Shown piece after piece: positions 23,546 to 37,724 of a stretch of DNA of 64,000 bases. Location of the stretch: contig JAAOMT010000175.1 of NCBI GenBank assembly GCA_016748015.1, forward strand, positions 167,395 through 231,394. The letters are read 5' to 3'. Each line of letters opens with the position of its first letter. Position 1 is the first letter of the stretch. The notes under the pieces are model-generated. The model was not told the origin of the DNA, searched no databases, and was given only the letters and a program-made list of their open reading frames with translations. The DNA is from Geosiphon pyriformis uo1 (Eukaryota > Fungi > Glomeromycota). Both the position numbers and the translations under genes were made by a program.

Positions 23546-25849
23546 TTTTTTTAATAACTTTTTTTTGCTATTTATTAACTTGTTGTTTTAATTTATATTA
23601 TAAACAACAAACAATTTTGATTTAATATTATTAATAGTTTTTCAAAAAAAAATATTTTATTTTATTTTATTTTTATTAAAAATTAATTATTATTGTTATG
23701 TTAAAAAAATGCATAATTTATAAAAAAAATTGTTTTTTTTTACAAAAAAACTAATTTAAAAGCTAATTATTTAATCTAAATAAAAACATTTTTTTTTGGT
23801 TTTTTTTTGTTTTAATATTAAAGTTTATATTATAATAATTATTAAATATTATATAAAAATTTAAGAAGATAATATCAAAAAAATCGATAAAATTTATTGT
23901 TTAATAAATTATTAAAAACCAATAAACTTTTTTATTTTTATATATAAATAATATTTAAGTATAATAAATATTAAAATAAAACAAATTAAAATAATAGTTA
24001 ATATTACATTAATATAAAAATTATAATATTTTTATTAAAACTTACTTATTTATTAAAATTGAAAAAAAGATGGTAAAATGCTTAAAAATTTTATATAAAA
24101 AATAATTTATTATTAAAATTTGATTTTAAAAAAAGTAAAATTTTAAAAATAAAAAATAAAAAATTTTTGCAGCTTTTATTAATAATTATTGTAATTTTAA
24201 GCAGGTAATTAGTTTATTTTCTAAATATAAATTGCAAAAATAATAACTATTAAATAAAATATAACCTATTAATAACAAAATTTTAAGCATTATAAAAAAT
24301 AAACATATTGTTAAAAAACTTTATAATTCTGAAAGTTATGCTAAAATCTAAAATAAAAAAACAATTGAATTAAAAAAAATTTTTTTTTATGATTAATATT
24401 AATATTACTTATATAAAAAATAGAAAAAATTATTATTATTATTATATAGTAAATTAGCCAATTATATATAAAATTAAAAAGATAATATAATATTGAAATT
24501 TTCAAAAATATTTTAGAAATACCAAAAATAACTAAGAAAAAATATGAAAATAACTAAAAATATTAGAACATTTTATATTATTAAAAATATATATATGACA
24601 ATAATAATAAAAAGATTATTTAATCAAAATCTAGCAAATTAACAGTTTAAAAATTAAGCTATTATTCAAATTATTATTGTTAAAATACTTATCTTAATCA
24701 TATTATTATTAACACAACAGATGTCAAAGACTTAAATTCATCAAATTTATTATACTAAACCAATAGCTTTTAATTATGGTTATTGATAGAATATTAATTT
24801 TTATTTTGTTATTGTTTTATTGTTAAACTGGTTTTGTTGCAGCACGCCCCATATTATAAATATGTATATTGTTATTTGAAATAAATGATAAGTTTATAGC
24901 ACTTTGATCATAACAGATTATTAAAAATATCTACTTTTTTGATTTCTACAAAATATAAAACTTTTTAACACACTTCCTGTATGAAAATCCCGATTGTCAA
25001 CAATACACAAATATTAGTATCTGAAACGAATTTGTATATTCAGGGAGATCACTTATTCTTTTTGGACTGGAAATAATCAAGATGTCGATCAATAAATGAT
25101 CCCATCAACAAAGCAAGGTCGAACGACAAATTTCTATACATATATTGTATTATAACACCACATTCTCAAAAAAATTCTCATTGTAGCTGGGATCACCCCA
25201 ATCTTTCGCAACTGAATCATATAATTCTGACAAGAAAACTTACCAAGTACCTGCCATGGTTAAACCATTGGCAAAAATAAGGCTTGGGGGGGCGAATTTC
25301 CAGGCGAAAAGTATATAATCCTATTATAGATGGACGGCTTCTCTAACGAAACTAGAAAAGTACACATGACACAACAATGTTAATCATGAACTTGGAAAAT
25401 CATGCCTGCATATGACACGATTAATTAACGACGGATGATGAGGATGATGAAAAGAAAACGTGATGATATTCTTTTTCTTTTTTTTAAAAAAATTAACTTG
25501 AACTAAAAAAGGGAAAAGTTTAATAACAAATCTACAATAGATTATTAGGGAAGAAAACAAAAAAAAGGTGTATAAAGGTAGAAACTGAGCATTTATATAT
25601 TAGGAAAGAGAAAAATAAAAAAAGAGGAGGAAATAACCGCGGAACAGAAATATGATGATGATGACTGGTTGATATAAAGGCAGAGTGAACTATAATACTA
25701 AGAGAAAGAAACAAAAAACAAAAATATTTATAAAGGGATATTGACGAGAGAAAAAGTCAAAAAATACAAGATCGGCATACTCGCCCCGCGGTGCCGATCC
25801 AAAATCCTAATTTCCCCTCCTTAATATTCTAAGTGAACAATATGTAGTT

Positions 25850-25855
25850 TAGTAA

Positions 25856-25913
<58 letters not shown>
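25850..25913. repeat. (TAG)n microsatellite
   Basis: About 20 tandem TAG units. Confidence 0.95.
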
Positions 25914-25914
<1 letters not shown>

Positions 25915-26089
25915 TAGTGGTAGAAATAATAATAGTAATATTAGAGAAAAAAGAGACAATTGCCCAGTGTAGTTAAAAGCACCCACCCAGTAACGTAAAG
26001 GTTTTAAGTAAATATTATACATCCCACGCGCCATAGGGAAAGGTATATAATAAAAAATGACAATGTCTCTTTTTTAACTAGTTTGTATG

Positions 26090-26140
26090 TTTGCGTGTGT
26101 AATGTGTGTGTGCGTGTGTATGTGTGTGTGTGTATGTGTG
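26090..26140. repeat. Imperfect (TG)n microsatellite
   Basis: tgtgtgtgcgtgtgtatgtgtg run. Confidence 0.9.
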
Positions 26141-26419
26141 AATTTGTATGCGAGACTGTTCATTTTGTGAGATTTTTGACAAAGACTTGAAAAGCCCAAA
26201 GTTGCCCGATTCCGCGCCAAAATTGGATTGAAATATATCCAAGGAACAGAGACTATCTTTTCAGGAGCTGCCATCATATTTCAGGGTCCCAAAATATGTA
26301 AAAAAAGAATTTCTCTTTTTACAGCAATCCCCAGCGTGATATGAAAGCAGCCATAAGTGTTTTTTCCAGCCCAGAGTTAAATAACATCGCCAATTTTTCT
26401 GCCAGCCCACCCTTCACAT

Positions 26420-28286
26420 TTATTGAGCCTCATTAGAACAATCCAATACCATCATCACATTGTCCACGGTCGTGAGATCTTCCAAGAAAGGTATAAGATC
26501 CAACAATTCTGTGTCATGCGGATCATTAAACCAGGAGGATATTGGCACAGCATTTGTCGGATGAAATATATAACTTGCAGGAGAATTATCGATGATTATG
26601 GTGTCTCTGAGTTCTCTTCCAAGTTGTGACAAATCCTGACGTAACCAATTGAATTTAATGAGGTTTCATAATATTTTTGAAAATAAATAACATATTTTGA
26701 ATATTATTGAATCCATATCCTGTATACCCTCTCACCTTTACATAATTTCCTTTGTGATTGTAACATGACTCCCTAAAAAGTCGATGCTTTACAACCCGAT
26801 GTTGATCTAGCATATCAAGTACGGGATCTGCGTACTAAATTTTAGCAATTAAAAAATTTCCGAGAGTGTGAATGTTGGGTTTGTTTGATATAAAAAGTAA
26901 AATTTATGGATCACAATAGAGTTACCTTTGATAAACTGGCGGTGAAGACGACAATTTCATAAATTTCGCCCATTTTCCTCAAAAATTGATCAACACCTGG
27001 TCTTTTTATCACATAGACATTGTGTATTTGGTTTTCTATTTCCACCGGGACCACAAAATCAGCCTGAAGAATTTGCTGTTTCAAAAAAACAAACAAAACA
27101 AAGAATACGTAAAATGGAAAGTAATAACTTCTAGGATGTAAATAGAAAAATCAATATTAGGAGGATTTCTTACCTTGAATGAACTATGGACTAATGTCTC
27201 ATCTAAATCTAATACTAAACACTTTCTCCCTGTATGTTCCGGGGCTATTGCTTCAAGTAACCATTTACGCTCAATCTTAAAAGAGTTAGATAATGAAGAG
27301 AAATGTTAAAGATTTATATCAAAGAATCCAATTTAAATCCTACAAACAAGAATTCTGACAGGGTATTATTTGAGGAAAATGACTATCACAAAACAGAAAA
27401 GAAACCCTTCAAAAGGTGTACAAATTCCAAGAAAAAATTAGGAAAGAAAATTAAGATGAACCTCAACAATTTCCTCTGGTTCAATTGGGGTGATTGAGGG
27501 TTCTACTGGTTCCATCGGTTCCACCTCTTCCTGTTTTTCTTCATCCTTCTCCGTTATTGTCTGTTGTGTTCTACTGAAAGTATCAGGAGTGTCTTTGGGA
27601 GGATTTGTGATGGTTGGTGCAATTTCGGTCCCACTTTCAATAGCGGCACTATTACCCCATGCACAACAGAAAAACATTGAAAAAAAGGATTTTGGAGGTG
27701 GACGCTGAGTTACTCCTGAAGGTACTTCAGACTTTGGTTTAGCTGGGGTGGTTGGTGCTGCATTTGGTGTTAAAGTATTAGAATCACTCGTGGAGATGAT
27801 TGAGACATTTTTGTGAGGAGCAGGATCTACGATAAAAAATTTAAGGGAATACATGATTAAACGAAAGGGTGCGTGATACAAAATAACATTTTTAAATAGA
27901 TAAAACGGTTTTGAAACTAAGGCAAAAGAGAGTATAAAACGAAAAGAACGCTACATCTAGATCGTCGACAACAGAAATATCGGATAAATGGATAAGCGGC
28001 GTATTTTTTTAAAAGTCCTGCAGTAGACCTTCGTTTTCTCGAACCCTCCTTTTTTCGAACTCGTTCCCCTTCACCACCAAAGATACATTCAAATGAACAG
28101 TCACAAAAAAAATTATGAAAAGAAATTATGATGAATAAATAAAACAATAAATTATGAAACCTCACCTTCTAACTTTTGATTGGAGAATTTTGGTTTATCT
28201 TCCGGTAACTGTGTTATTGGATTTGATATTGCACTTTGGTCACGTTCAGGACTAACTTGCGTAATGGGTGAATTTGAATGACTCAT
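26420..28286 (-). CDS. PSR1: Psr1/Psr2-CTDSP (SCP/NIF-family) HAD Ser/Thr phosphatase, ~350 aa. Exons 28286-28166, 27826-27462, 27275-27174, 27075-26926, 26834-26736, 26635-26420
   Basis: All introns are GT-AG and keep the frame. Catalytic [36 protein letters not shown] and IDNSP motifs; N-terminal ITQV and FFCC motifs as in CTDSP proteins. Confidence 0.93.
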
Positions 28287-30896
28287 GTCTTTTTCTTATT
28301 ATTTTTCAAGAAAAAAATTGAAGTCAAATTTTTTTTGATCTTATGGTGGTTGTAGACGAAGTAATAGTGAAAGGAGCAATTCCACAAGAATGATATGAGA
28401 CGTTTTAGGACAAAAGTTGAAAGGTAAAATGGATATAAATAGAATTAAAGGTGAAAACTGCTTAATAGCAAAAAGAGTAAAAAACAACGTTATAAAAGCT
28501 AACCAAAGTAGGCAAGTTATGTTACAGCCAGTGACGAAAGGAGTAAGAAGAGCGCCGTTTGCCGTCGCGATGCAAAGGACGGAAGAGATGGGAGGGTGAA
28601 TTGTGGGATAAGGGCAATGGTAATGATATAAGAATGGACGGCAAATATGATGGGCAACTCGAAAAGTGTTTGTTGCTCGATATTTGTTGCCGAGAAAAGT
28701 TGGGCGAGAAGGGGTTAAGTTCACTTTGACTGGCAACAATATTATCGAGAACTTATCATAACCGAGACTTCGGCACGGAATTACGGAGTGGGAGATTTGA
28801 GCTTTTTTTTTTAGTTTTGTTAAAAGAGGACTAAGGAGTGTGACAGTTGGAAAATTGCGAGCCCCTAAGTGAGTGTTTTGTTAGATGTGCTAGAAGTTGA
28901 AAGCCCAAAAAAAAAATCAACTAAAAGACAACAACTAATATAGACTAAGAAAGAAGACTAAAGTCAAACTCAATAAACTCAAACTAAAAGAATATTAATT
29001 TTTGAGCGATTGAGAAATGATTTTAGGTCAAAGTTAAGAGAAAGTTGCGACACAAACCTTTTTTTTGATATTCTTAGGTAGTCTTGAGTGGGCGGGAAGC
29101 AAAAGACGGCCGTGCAAGGGGAAGTTGGGCACTTTGACTTTACTTTACCTTTGGGTTTTGGTGGGTCGTGCAAACAAAATTGCAGGGAGTAGGACAATTG
29201 ATGCGAACTTTATGGTAGTGTCCTAAAATTCTAAATCTGGCATCTTTGTGTTAAGGTACTTAAAATTTGGGAGTTTATATTTCCTTCAAGTTACAAAAAG
29301 TGCAAAAACTGCGGTTGCATAACATTAATTTTCTGGTTGATGCATAGGAGAGACTAATGAAACTAATGTAGTATCAATATAGGTTTATTTCAATAATTTT
29401 CACTTTTTTGAATAATGAATATTAAAAATTCTTTTAAGTAGACCCAAAAAAAACATCCTAGTATATCAAGCAGCGAGATAATGAGTTCAAGAAGTACGAG
29501 AAGTATGTTAAAAGGTTTATTGCATAAGCTCCACAGCAGAACCAGTAGCAAAGGTAAGCAAAGATATGATTTTCTTATTTTTAGTACATGTGAGTGGTAG
29601 CAATAATAATAGTTGAAAAGACACGTTTACCTTGTTTTAAAGTAACACTTGATTCTTTTTTTTTAGGTAAAACTTTCAAGTGCCAAATAACTTTGGCACG
29701 TTGAAATGACATTTTTAACTGGACAGACACAATATTTCATATTATTACTTTTTGATAGAGATAATAATATAACAATTTTCCGCGTTACAAATTGCCCAAT
29801 GCCCAAACGAATGATGCACAAAAATTTTCTTTTGGGAAAGGAGTTTTGCCCACGAAAAAATGCCCACCAATCCTATAAATAAATTCATGGTACACATAGA
29901 ATTTAGATTTTTTACTGTAATAGTATTTTTCATTTCTTTGTGGCTTCTTTTCAAAATTGTCACATAATGGTAACTTTTTAGGCTCGGCTTTTCAACTTTT
30001 GGGAAAGGTTTAAAAAAATGGCATTAGGCTTTTTTTGGTTTTTAAAGTGGGAAAAAAGTGACTAACTTTTTTATTTATGATCATAGTCAAAAGATGCATT
30101 AGTGTCTGTTCAAAGATAAGAATAATTTACCAATGATCCATGTTTCAAGCCTTCCACGGCAGCTTTAAAACTATCGGCGGTTTGACAAAGGAAATTTTTC
30201 TTGTAACAAAAAAGTAAAATGAAATGTTGATACACCATCATATAAATATTGTCATTTCTTAACCATAATTGGTAAAAGAACTGGTACGCAAAATCAAAAA
30301 GCCGCCATTATTTACGACTTCACAGGCTCACACAGCGCCTTAATGTTACAATTTTTTCCCGATTCTAGAGCTAAAAAAGTTTCATACCAATTTTTTTTGG
30401 AGCCCTGGAAGAATTTAAAGTCTGAAACTTGAATCAAAGTTCTTATATTGGTTTTTGTTACTCTTTTTCTGTTTTCTTGAATGTATTTCGAAAATCTTAT
30501 TTAACAGAAAAATTCAATAAAAATAAATAAAAATGAAAGGAATTTTTTTAGGTGGTTAATTTATTTTATGGAAGAGATTTTAAACCATCAAAAAATAATA
30601 TGATTAAAAAACTTTGAAATTTAAGTTTAACAATTTAAAATTTTAATTATTTTAATTTTAATTATAACATAAAACTTAATATATAAAAATATTTTTAAAT
30701 GTTTTATAACTTGATAAAATTTAAATTTATTATTTAAAATATTATTTTACATTATGTTTTATTATTAATTTTGACTAATTAATTATTTAAAGTTAAATTA
30801 TAAACCACATTTTTATTATTATGGTGGCTGATCACTCTTAAATATGGAACATGTATATGTTGAACGTATTTAAATAGCAGCTGGATCACACCTCTT

Positions 30897-30897
30897 G

Positions 30898-30930
<33 letters not shown>
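30897..30930. repeat. (AAT)n microsatellite
   Basis: About 11 tandem AAT units. Confidence 0.9.
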
Positions 30931-31787
30931 GTAAATTTATTTATAATTGTCAATTTACATTGATCATTATGACACTGAAAAGTAAAATGTATTTTAATAA
31001 TTTTTCTAGGACCAACATATAACACTTTGATGGTACAAACCGAAGTGTTAGAAAGAATTTCTGCACTAAGTTTTTACATAAGTTGTTTTTGTCATTCGTC
31101 AATTTTGATTTTCGAGTTCTTGGAAGATTTTCAAAAACAAGAAAAAACATTCATTCACAGAACAGACCAAGGGAATTATTGTAATTTCACTCCCCAAATT
31201 TCACACGAATCTAAGAGCCGTTTCCTGGCATTTTAAAAATATCGGCGTCAACACTAGTATCCTAAATTCGATACTTGTAAAGAACCATTAATAGAGGTTT
31301 GTTTTACTAGTAAAAAGGGATAATTAACGAGCATACTAACATTTTCTTCGACATCAGCCATCAAAGGTAAAGAAAGCTGCTAATTAAAGTGAATTGCGAT
31401 CAATAGTAGTTTTTTTTAAAGATGTTCATTTGAATGTAGATGATAAGTTGTAAATAATAAAAAATACTTGATTTTTGACTCTGCAACTCGCACAAGAGAA
31501 AGATATAAAGTAAAAGAATTAGAAACAAGTCCTGCCATATGATCTATTGAAATGATTAATTCACTCATAAATTTAAGTGGTTTTACGATGGTTAAAAACC
31601 GGAAGGTTAATAAAAATTTTTTAAAATTAAGGTGATGAGAAAATGTTCAAAGGGGCTGTTTAGATTCGAGTCCGTATCTACAATACATTTTTTCAGCGTA
31701 CCTTTGACCTCATCCATAATCTGCCTTAATACCTTATCGCGGATCCAATCATTTCGCCACAAATATTTATAATTCCCCGAGTTTAAA

Positions 31788-34354
31788 TTATCCAAAGTAA
31801 ATACGAACAATCCCTTCCTTGGGCTCCCTACATACGCAACATTTATCAACCACTTGAACACACTTTTCACACATGACCAAATGGAAGCATGGGGAGATTG
31901 CGTGAGTGATTGTCTCTTCAAAACAGACTCGACATTTAACATTTGTAATCAACTTTTCTTCCCTCTCCTTTCCAAGTTGAACATTCAAAACATCAACCTT
32001 ACGGTTGAGATCCAAAATAGAAGTTTCGAGTTCGATATTTTTCTTTTGACAAGATTGCCGAAGCTTCTGCTCAGATTCTCTTTCGCTCATTATCCGACTA
32101 TTATATCGTTTCAGATCTTTATTCTCACGGCATGTTTGTTCTTCGTGACGAATCAAATTGTCAAATTTTTTTTGGAGAATTTTATTCTCTGATTCCAGCT
32201 CCTTGTTTTTATGAAGAAGTTTCTCATTCTCGGCTGTAAATTGTTCAATTTTGTCGACAGTGATAGATTGAGGTATTCGGGATATAGAAGTTGGCCGTGT
32301 TTGTGAAAATGTGTTGAAAATTGAAACACAAGAACCCTCAACAGGAGGAATTCGTACAATAATTCGCGGACGGGACTTCCCATCTTTTGGGATTGTTTTT
32401 TTGCAACTAGTTGAAGAAGAGTTAGAGAGATCATCCAGGAAGAGTGAATCTTCTATGATATCCTTTTCATAACCATCCCCCAGCGAGCTATCTGAAGGTA
32501 GAAAAAATCGTTTATTAGTCTTTAGAGAAGACTGAAATTGTTCTCTTTCATTTCCATTTGGAGTTGTATTCGGCCTATTCTCTTTGAAATCGATAAGCTT
32601 TCCTGATTCCACAATATCCCGGTTGCTTCTTGTAGTCTTAGATGTACTTGGATTTTTTTGATTATATTCACGAGAAAAGCTCCGATCATTCTCTACAGTG
32701 TTAAAGAGAGAACTGTTTTGATTTGCTTGAGAATCGAGATTAAAACTTCGTTCGTCTTCTATTAACTCTGAAAAGGAGCTCTGTTTATTGTTCATGTCCA
32801 TTTTCGTCTCTGGGTTTGATATTAATTGTTCCCACTTTAACTTTGTCCACTTTTCTGAATTCATTTCAGTCGGAGTTTTTTTTGTTACTACACTAGTGCC
32901 ATCCCAAAGTTCTGTTTTACAATAACCATATGGAACTTTAAAGTCAGGTGTAGCATCGTTTCTGAAATTTTCCTTAGTCCAACTTTTTTTTTGATAGGGG
33001 TACCGATCATTTTCATTTATTAACCCAAATTCTTTTCGAGTATCATTGTAACTCCTAGAATGATCTCGAGATCTAAAAGCATTTGGCCCTCTGCTTGAGA
33101 ATGGTACATTTCTAGATTTCACTCCATTTTGATTATATGATGTAGCATTTTGATCCAAATGCTGATTTTGTGCATAGTAATATGACGAAGAATCTCCTCG
33201 ACCAGCCATTCTTGATATAGTTTTATCTGAATGGCTTAATGTTTTCGAAGAGTATGAATGATATCTTTCCGAATTCTTAGAATGATCATCACCATTGAAC
33301 CGATACCTCCCATTGTCTCGATCTCTAGTATTATCTATGGATATTCTTCGGTTATTATAATGTTTTCTTTGAATATCCCCATCATAAGGAAAGCTATATT
33401 CTCCCTCTTGACCACAATCTTGAGTATTATATTTGGAATTATTTTCGATGGGGTTGAATGTAGAGCTTTTTGGCTCTGTTTCATGGTTTGTGGATATTGA
33501 CGAAGACCTTGATCCGCTCACATAATTATTTTTTATTGGAAAGTGGTCTGCCCTATCAGAATCACACATCTCAGAATCAGAAGTTTTCTTTTCTGAGAGA
33601 CTTTCGTCATCAGAACCATCCGGCTTAGGTTCAAGTAATAATTTTTCATTCATATTTTTAAGTGGATGTATACAGCCAGCTGGCCTTTCGAAAGGAACTT
33701 CTTGGGCCCAAAGATGCCACGTGCATTTTGGTCTTGCCCCATTAATTTGGTAATTAGGACATGTGAACTGGAGGCGGCCAGGAATAGCACCCATGGTGGT
33801 ACGCATTTTTACAAGGAGGCCACAAAAACATTTTGGTGGTGGCGGGTGATATTTTGGGAAGTTATTTTGTAGTTGAAAATATGCACAAAATGTAAAGTTG
33901 AAGTAAGGACAGACATCGAGTTCTGAATGATGAGGATCTTTATGACGCATGTTAAAAAAACTATCCCAAGTATCTTTATGTATGTGAAAGCCACAAATGG
34001 CATGTTTGCTTTCTTTATTATTGGGCTTAACAGAGGAAGAGGATCCATTCTCCGAGTCATTCTTGATAATTGATTAACACAACCCAGTGTTAGACGTAAA
34101 AGTTGAACCAAAAGAATAAATTTAGAGAGATCTTTTACCGTCTTACGAGTGCAATTATTGCTATTTTCCCCTTTTTCAGCAATGTTTTCCGATGATTGAC
34201 TTAGCCATGGATTATCGTGAAGATAGTGGCATTCATACAACAAACCAAATTCCTCCGAATAAGCGGGAGATGCTATTTTATCACAAAAACAATTTGGCGG
34301 CTGTTGGGGAGGTCTTTTACGGTCACTGTCAAAGGTTTTAAGGCTTCTTGACAT
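31788..34354 (-). CDS. GRF-type zinc finger, coiled coil and C-terminal C3HC4 RING protein (putative E3 ubiquitin ligase), ~829 aa. Exons 34354-34139 and 34061-31788
   Basis: A 77-nt GT..CTAAC..AG intron joins the two ORFs in frame. CFC..ECH..CGFH and CFCG..TCPN..KCTW Zn fingers; coiled coil; RING CRVC..PCFHLVMCEKC..CCVCR. Confidence 0.88.
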
Positions 34355-35399
34355 CTAAACAAATTATACTAAGTTTGAAAGGTCAATGAAAAGTATGGAA
34401 ACATCTAATTTGTGTGTTCATTTTCAAAATCAATGACTTTTTCCGGTATTAGGTCACAATTAATTTTGCCGATCAAACAAATCGATGATACTTCAACATA
34501 TATTAATCATGATTAGTCATATTAATTAATCAAATAATTATAACTTATTGAAATCCTATTTTTAATTAAAACAAATTGTCTTTTTTAGTATAGTCAAAGT
34601 TATAATATAGCTTATAAATAAATAAATATTTAAATAAACTAGTTCATAAACTTTAAAAATATAATTATTTAAAAGCTTTATTAATTATAAAATTCAATTT
34701 TTTTTTATTAATATTTATGTTAAAAAGTAAATTCGAAAATAAATAAGTTTTTTTATATAGTTTTTCATATTATAAAATATAATTTTACTTAATAATAATT
34801 ATTTAAAATTATTAATTTAACAATATTATAAAATTGTATTATTAAAAATAAAAAATTCATCAAAGTTTTTGCTTAAAATATTTTTTATAAATTTTAACTA
34901 AATTTCATTTTTTTACAATTTTATATTATTTAAATTTAAAATTTAAAATTTATTTATTTAAAAAATTATTATATTATATTATTAAAATTACTTAATAATA
35001 TAATAAACAATAATAACAGTAAAAAATAATATTTTTTTTTGGAATATTATTAATTTTAAATACAAAAAAAACATAATATATTTTAATATAAACTGTATTT
35101 AATTTAAAGCTTTTTTTATTATATTATTTTAAATAATAGTTAAATTATACTCATAATATTTAATAACAATAATAATAAAATAATATTTTTAAACAAAAAC
35201 ATAATTTTTAATAAAGCTATTAAAAAAAGTAATTTAATAAAAAAATATATTTATTATATAAAGTTTTTTAATTTATTTATTTATTAAATAAAAATAAAAA
35301 CAATTTAAAAAATTTAAATTTAATAAAAAACTTCTTTTTTTTTTATATCTCAAAATTTTTAAAAGCATATTTTTGAATAAGAAGTTTTTTATTTTTTTT

Positions 35400-36562
35400 G
35401 TTGTTTACTGTCAATATTTTTTAATCCAATAATTTTTTTATTATAAATTTGGAAACTGCTTTAGATGACAACATATCTAAAAAAAATGCCCAAAAAAACT
35501 TTTTATGATCCAATTGATAACTTTTTTGCTCAGAAAAAAAAATTATTCTTGATAATATTAAATACTCAAGTAATAAAAAAACATATTATTAGTTAAGTTA
35601 GGTCTTAGTAATATGTATTCAGATTTGAACAATAAGTTTAGTAGTAATAAAAATATATATTATAAAAGATATTGATAATAAGTCTCTTTTAGACTTAATT
35701 GCAATTACTTTTAAAGTCAATAGAACAAGTACTAATGTGATTTATAATACCTTTCTTGGTTTATTCAACTTTAACATGAATGAAAAGATTGAACTTCTTT
35801 CATTTTTCTTTAATATATCTTTAGATAAAAGATAAATTAATTTTAAAATCATTAAAATTCAAGTGAAGATAATCATTAAAAAATTTTTTGCTTTAAATAT
35901 TAATTTTATAGTAGTAGAAGATAAATTAGCAACAGCCAAAACTCAAGCAATTAAAAAATTATTTTTATTAATCAATAAATTTGGAAAGAAGAGCCACTAC
36001 TTCTTTAAAATTTAAAAAAATTATTAGATTAACATTTACATTAAAGAAAAATATGAATAAAACTGTATTATTGGCTCAAAAAAAGAGAATTATTATAAAA
36101 AATAATATTAAAAAACAAGAAATTAAATTAAATCAAGCTATAATAATTAAGAAAATTTTTATGAATATGCCAAAAAAAATGATTGTTATCACAGTTTTTA
36201 AGTTTGATTAAATTGTATTGATTTATTTACAACTAATTAGGCTATAACAAAAGACTATAATAAAATTTGTCAAATTAAGTTAGATTAATCTGTTAACATC
36301 AAAATAGTTATTTTTAATTAGAAAAAATTCAATATATATGGCAAAAGCTGTAGAAGATTATAATATTTAAATATCTAAAGATTAATTTAAGATACTTTTG
36401 TTTACTTTTTCTATAAGAACAACTGCTTATAATATTGGTAATTTATTAAAAAGAGCTAATAAAAAAACTTGTATTATTAATTGATTATTTAACACTAGTA
36501 ATAGAATTTATTGTGTTGTAATTGGTTTTGAATTTGATGAAAAACTGAAATTTGTCTTTTAT
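35400..36562 (+). mobile_element. Decayed LINE ORF1 fragment, truncated by a family-A LTR element
   Basis: ORF 35981-36211 and downstream sequence translate to ORF1-like IIIKKIFMNMPKKMIV, LLFTFSIRTTAY and KTCIIN..NRIYCVVIGFE, similar to the ORF1 at 8200-9300. 5' boundary approximate. Confidence 0.7.
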
Positions 36563-37724
36563 TATTATAGATAATTATTTAAGATGTTAAAACAAATAAT
36601 AAACTCATAATTTAGTACTCAATAATTGTTAATAATAATAAATTTTAAAGGTTTTTCTTGGAATTTAAAGATTTTAATTGAGTTTTTTGTATAATAAACA
36701 GAAATTCAATTAATAGTTTTTTCTTAATTTTTGTCTTTAATATAGTGACTAATTTATTTTGATAATTATATTCTTTTAGTAAACTATCTTTAAGTTTTTG
36801 TACTATTGTTTCATAGGTTTTTTACCAAATTATTCTTGATATTAATTACTTTAATTAATTAATAAATAATAAACAAAACAAAATAAAAAAAATAAAAAAA
36901 ATAAAAAAAATAAAAAAAAATAAAATAAAAAATAAAAAATTAATATTCTGTCAATAGTCATAATTAAGAACTATTGGTTTAATATGGTTAAGTATCAAAT
37001 TCTATCAATATAAATTATTAATAGTATAAAAGTGATTAATTTTTTTAATTAAGCAATAAAACATAAATTAGATAGTAATAAATATTTTTATTAATATAGA
37101 TATAATTTCACTTCAAGTTATAGAAAACTATCTTTTAAAAAAAGAGATATTAAATAAATATTTATTGCTAACTACTGTTTTGTTTGCTACTTTTTTTTTT
37201 TTGCTTTTAATATTTTTGTTATATATATATAATTTGTATTATATAAGATTATTTAAAATTTTTTAATTTTTTTGAAAAGAATTTTGGAATTTTGGAATTC
37301 TGGAATCTTGTAATTTCTTAAGAAAAATTTTGAAATTCTTTTTTTTACTATGCTTTTTTTTATTGGTTATTTTTTTATTTATTATAATTTCTATTTCTAT
37401 GAGTAACATTATTTTTTTCTTTTAATATTAAGCTTTATTAAAATCTTTTAAATCTTTTAGCTTTCCTAAATCTTCTTCTTGGATTAATTTTATTAAATTT
37501 TTCTCTAAAATTACTTGGACAATCTTGGTTTGTAATTTTTTGAATTAAGCATTGATGATTTTTCCCAATTGATTAATAATTATTGTGTTTATTATTGGCT
37601 ATGGCAATATTTTTAGATGGTCTTGGAATTTTGTTTATAATCAGTATATTGCTTATGCTTGTGTAAATAGATTGTTTTTTCTCATAAATTGTTTTATTTG
37701 TTGCAATATTGTTGTATTAAATAT
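36563..37724 (-). mobile_element. Old family-A element: 3' LTR (36563-37408), PPT and end of ORF3, interrupted by E3
   Basis: Colinear with 11400-12570 but more AT-decayed. Confidence 0.85.

Noticed and set aside
23545-24750. Very AT-rich stretch, perhaps a decayed TE coding region (also 34500-35400)
   Set aside because: Too degenerate to assign by eye.
25849-26277. Poly-Tyr and His-Thr repeat ORFs
   Set aside because: Translations of the (TAG)n and (TG)n microsatellites.
27917-29197. ORFs 27917-28165, 28341-28739, 28417-28599 and 28979-29197
   Set aside because: They fall in intron 1, the 5' UTR or the promoter of the phosphatase gene and have no recognisable protein features.
29740-30080. 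Repeated TGCCCA and GGGAAA words suggesting a MITE
   Set aside because: No convincing terminal inverted repeats or TSD found.
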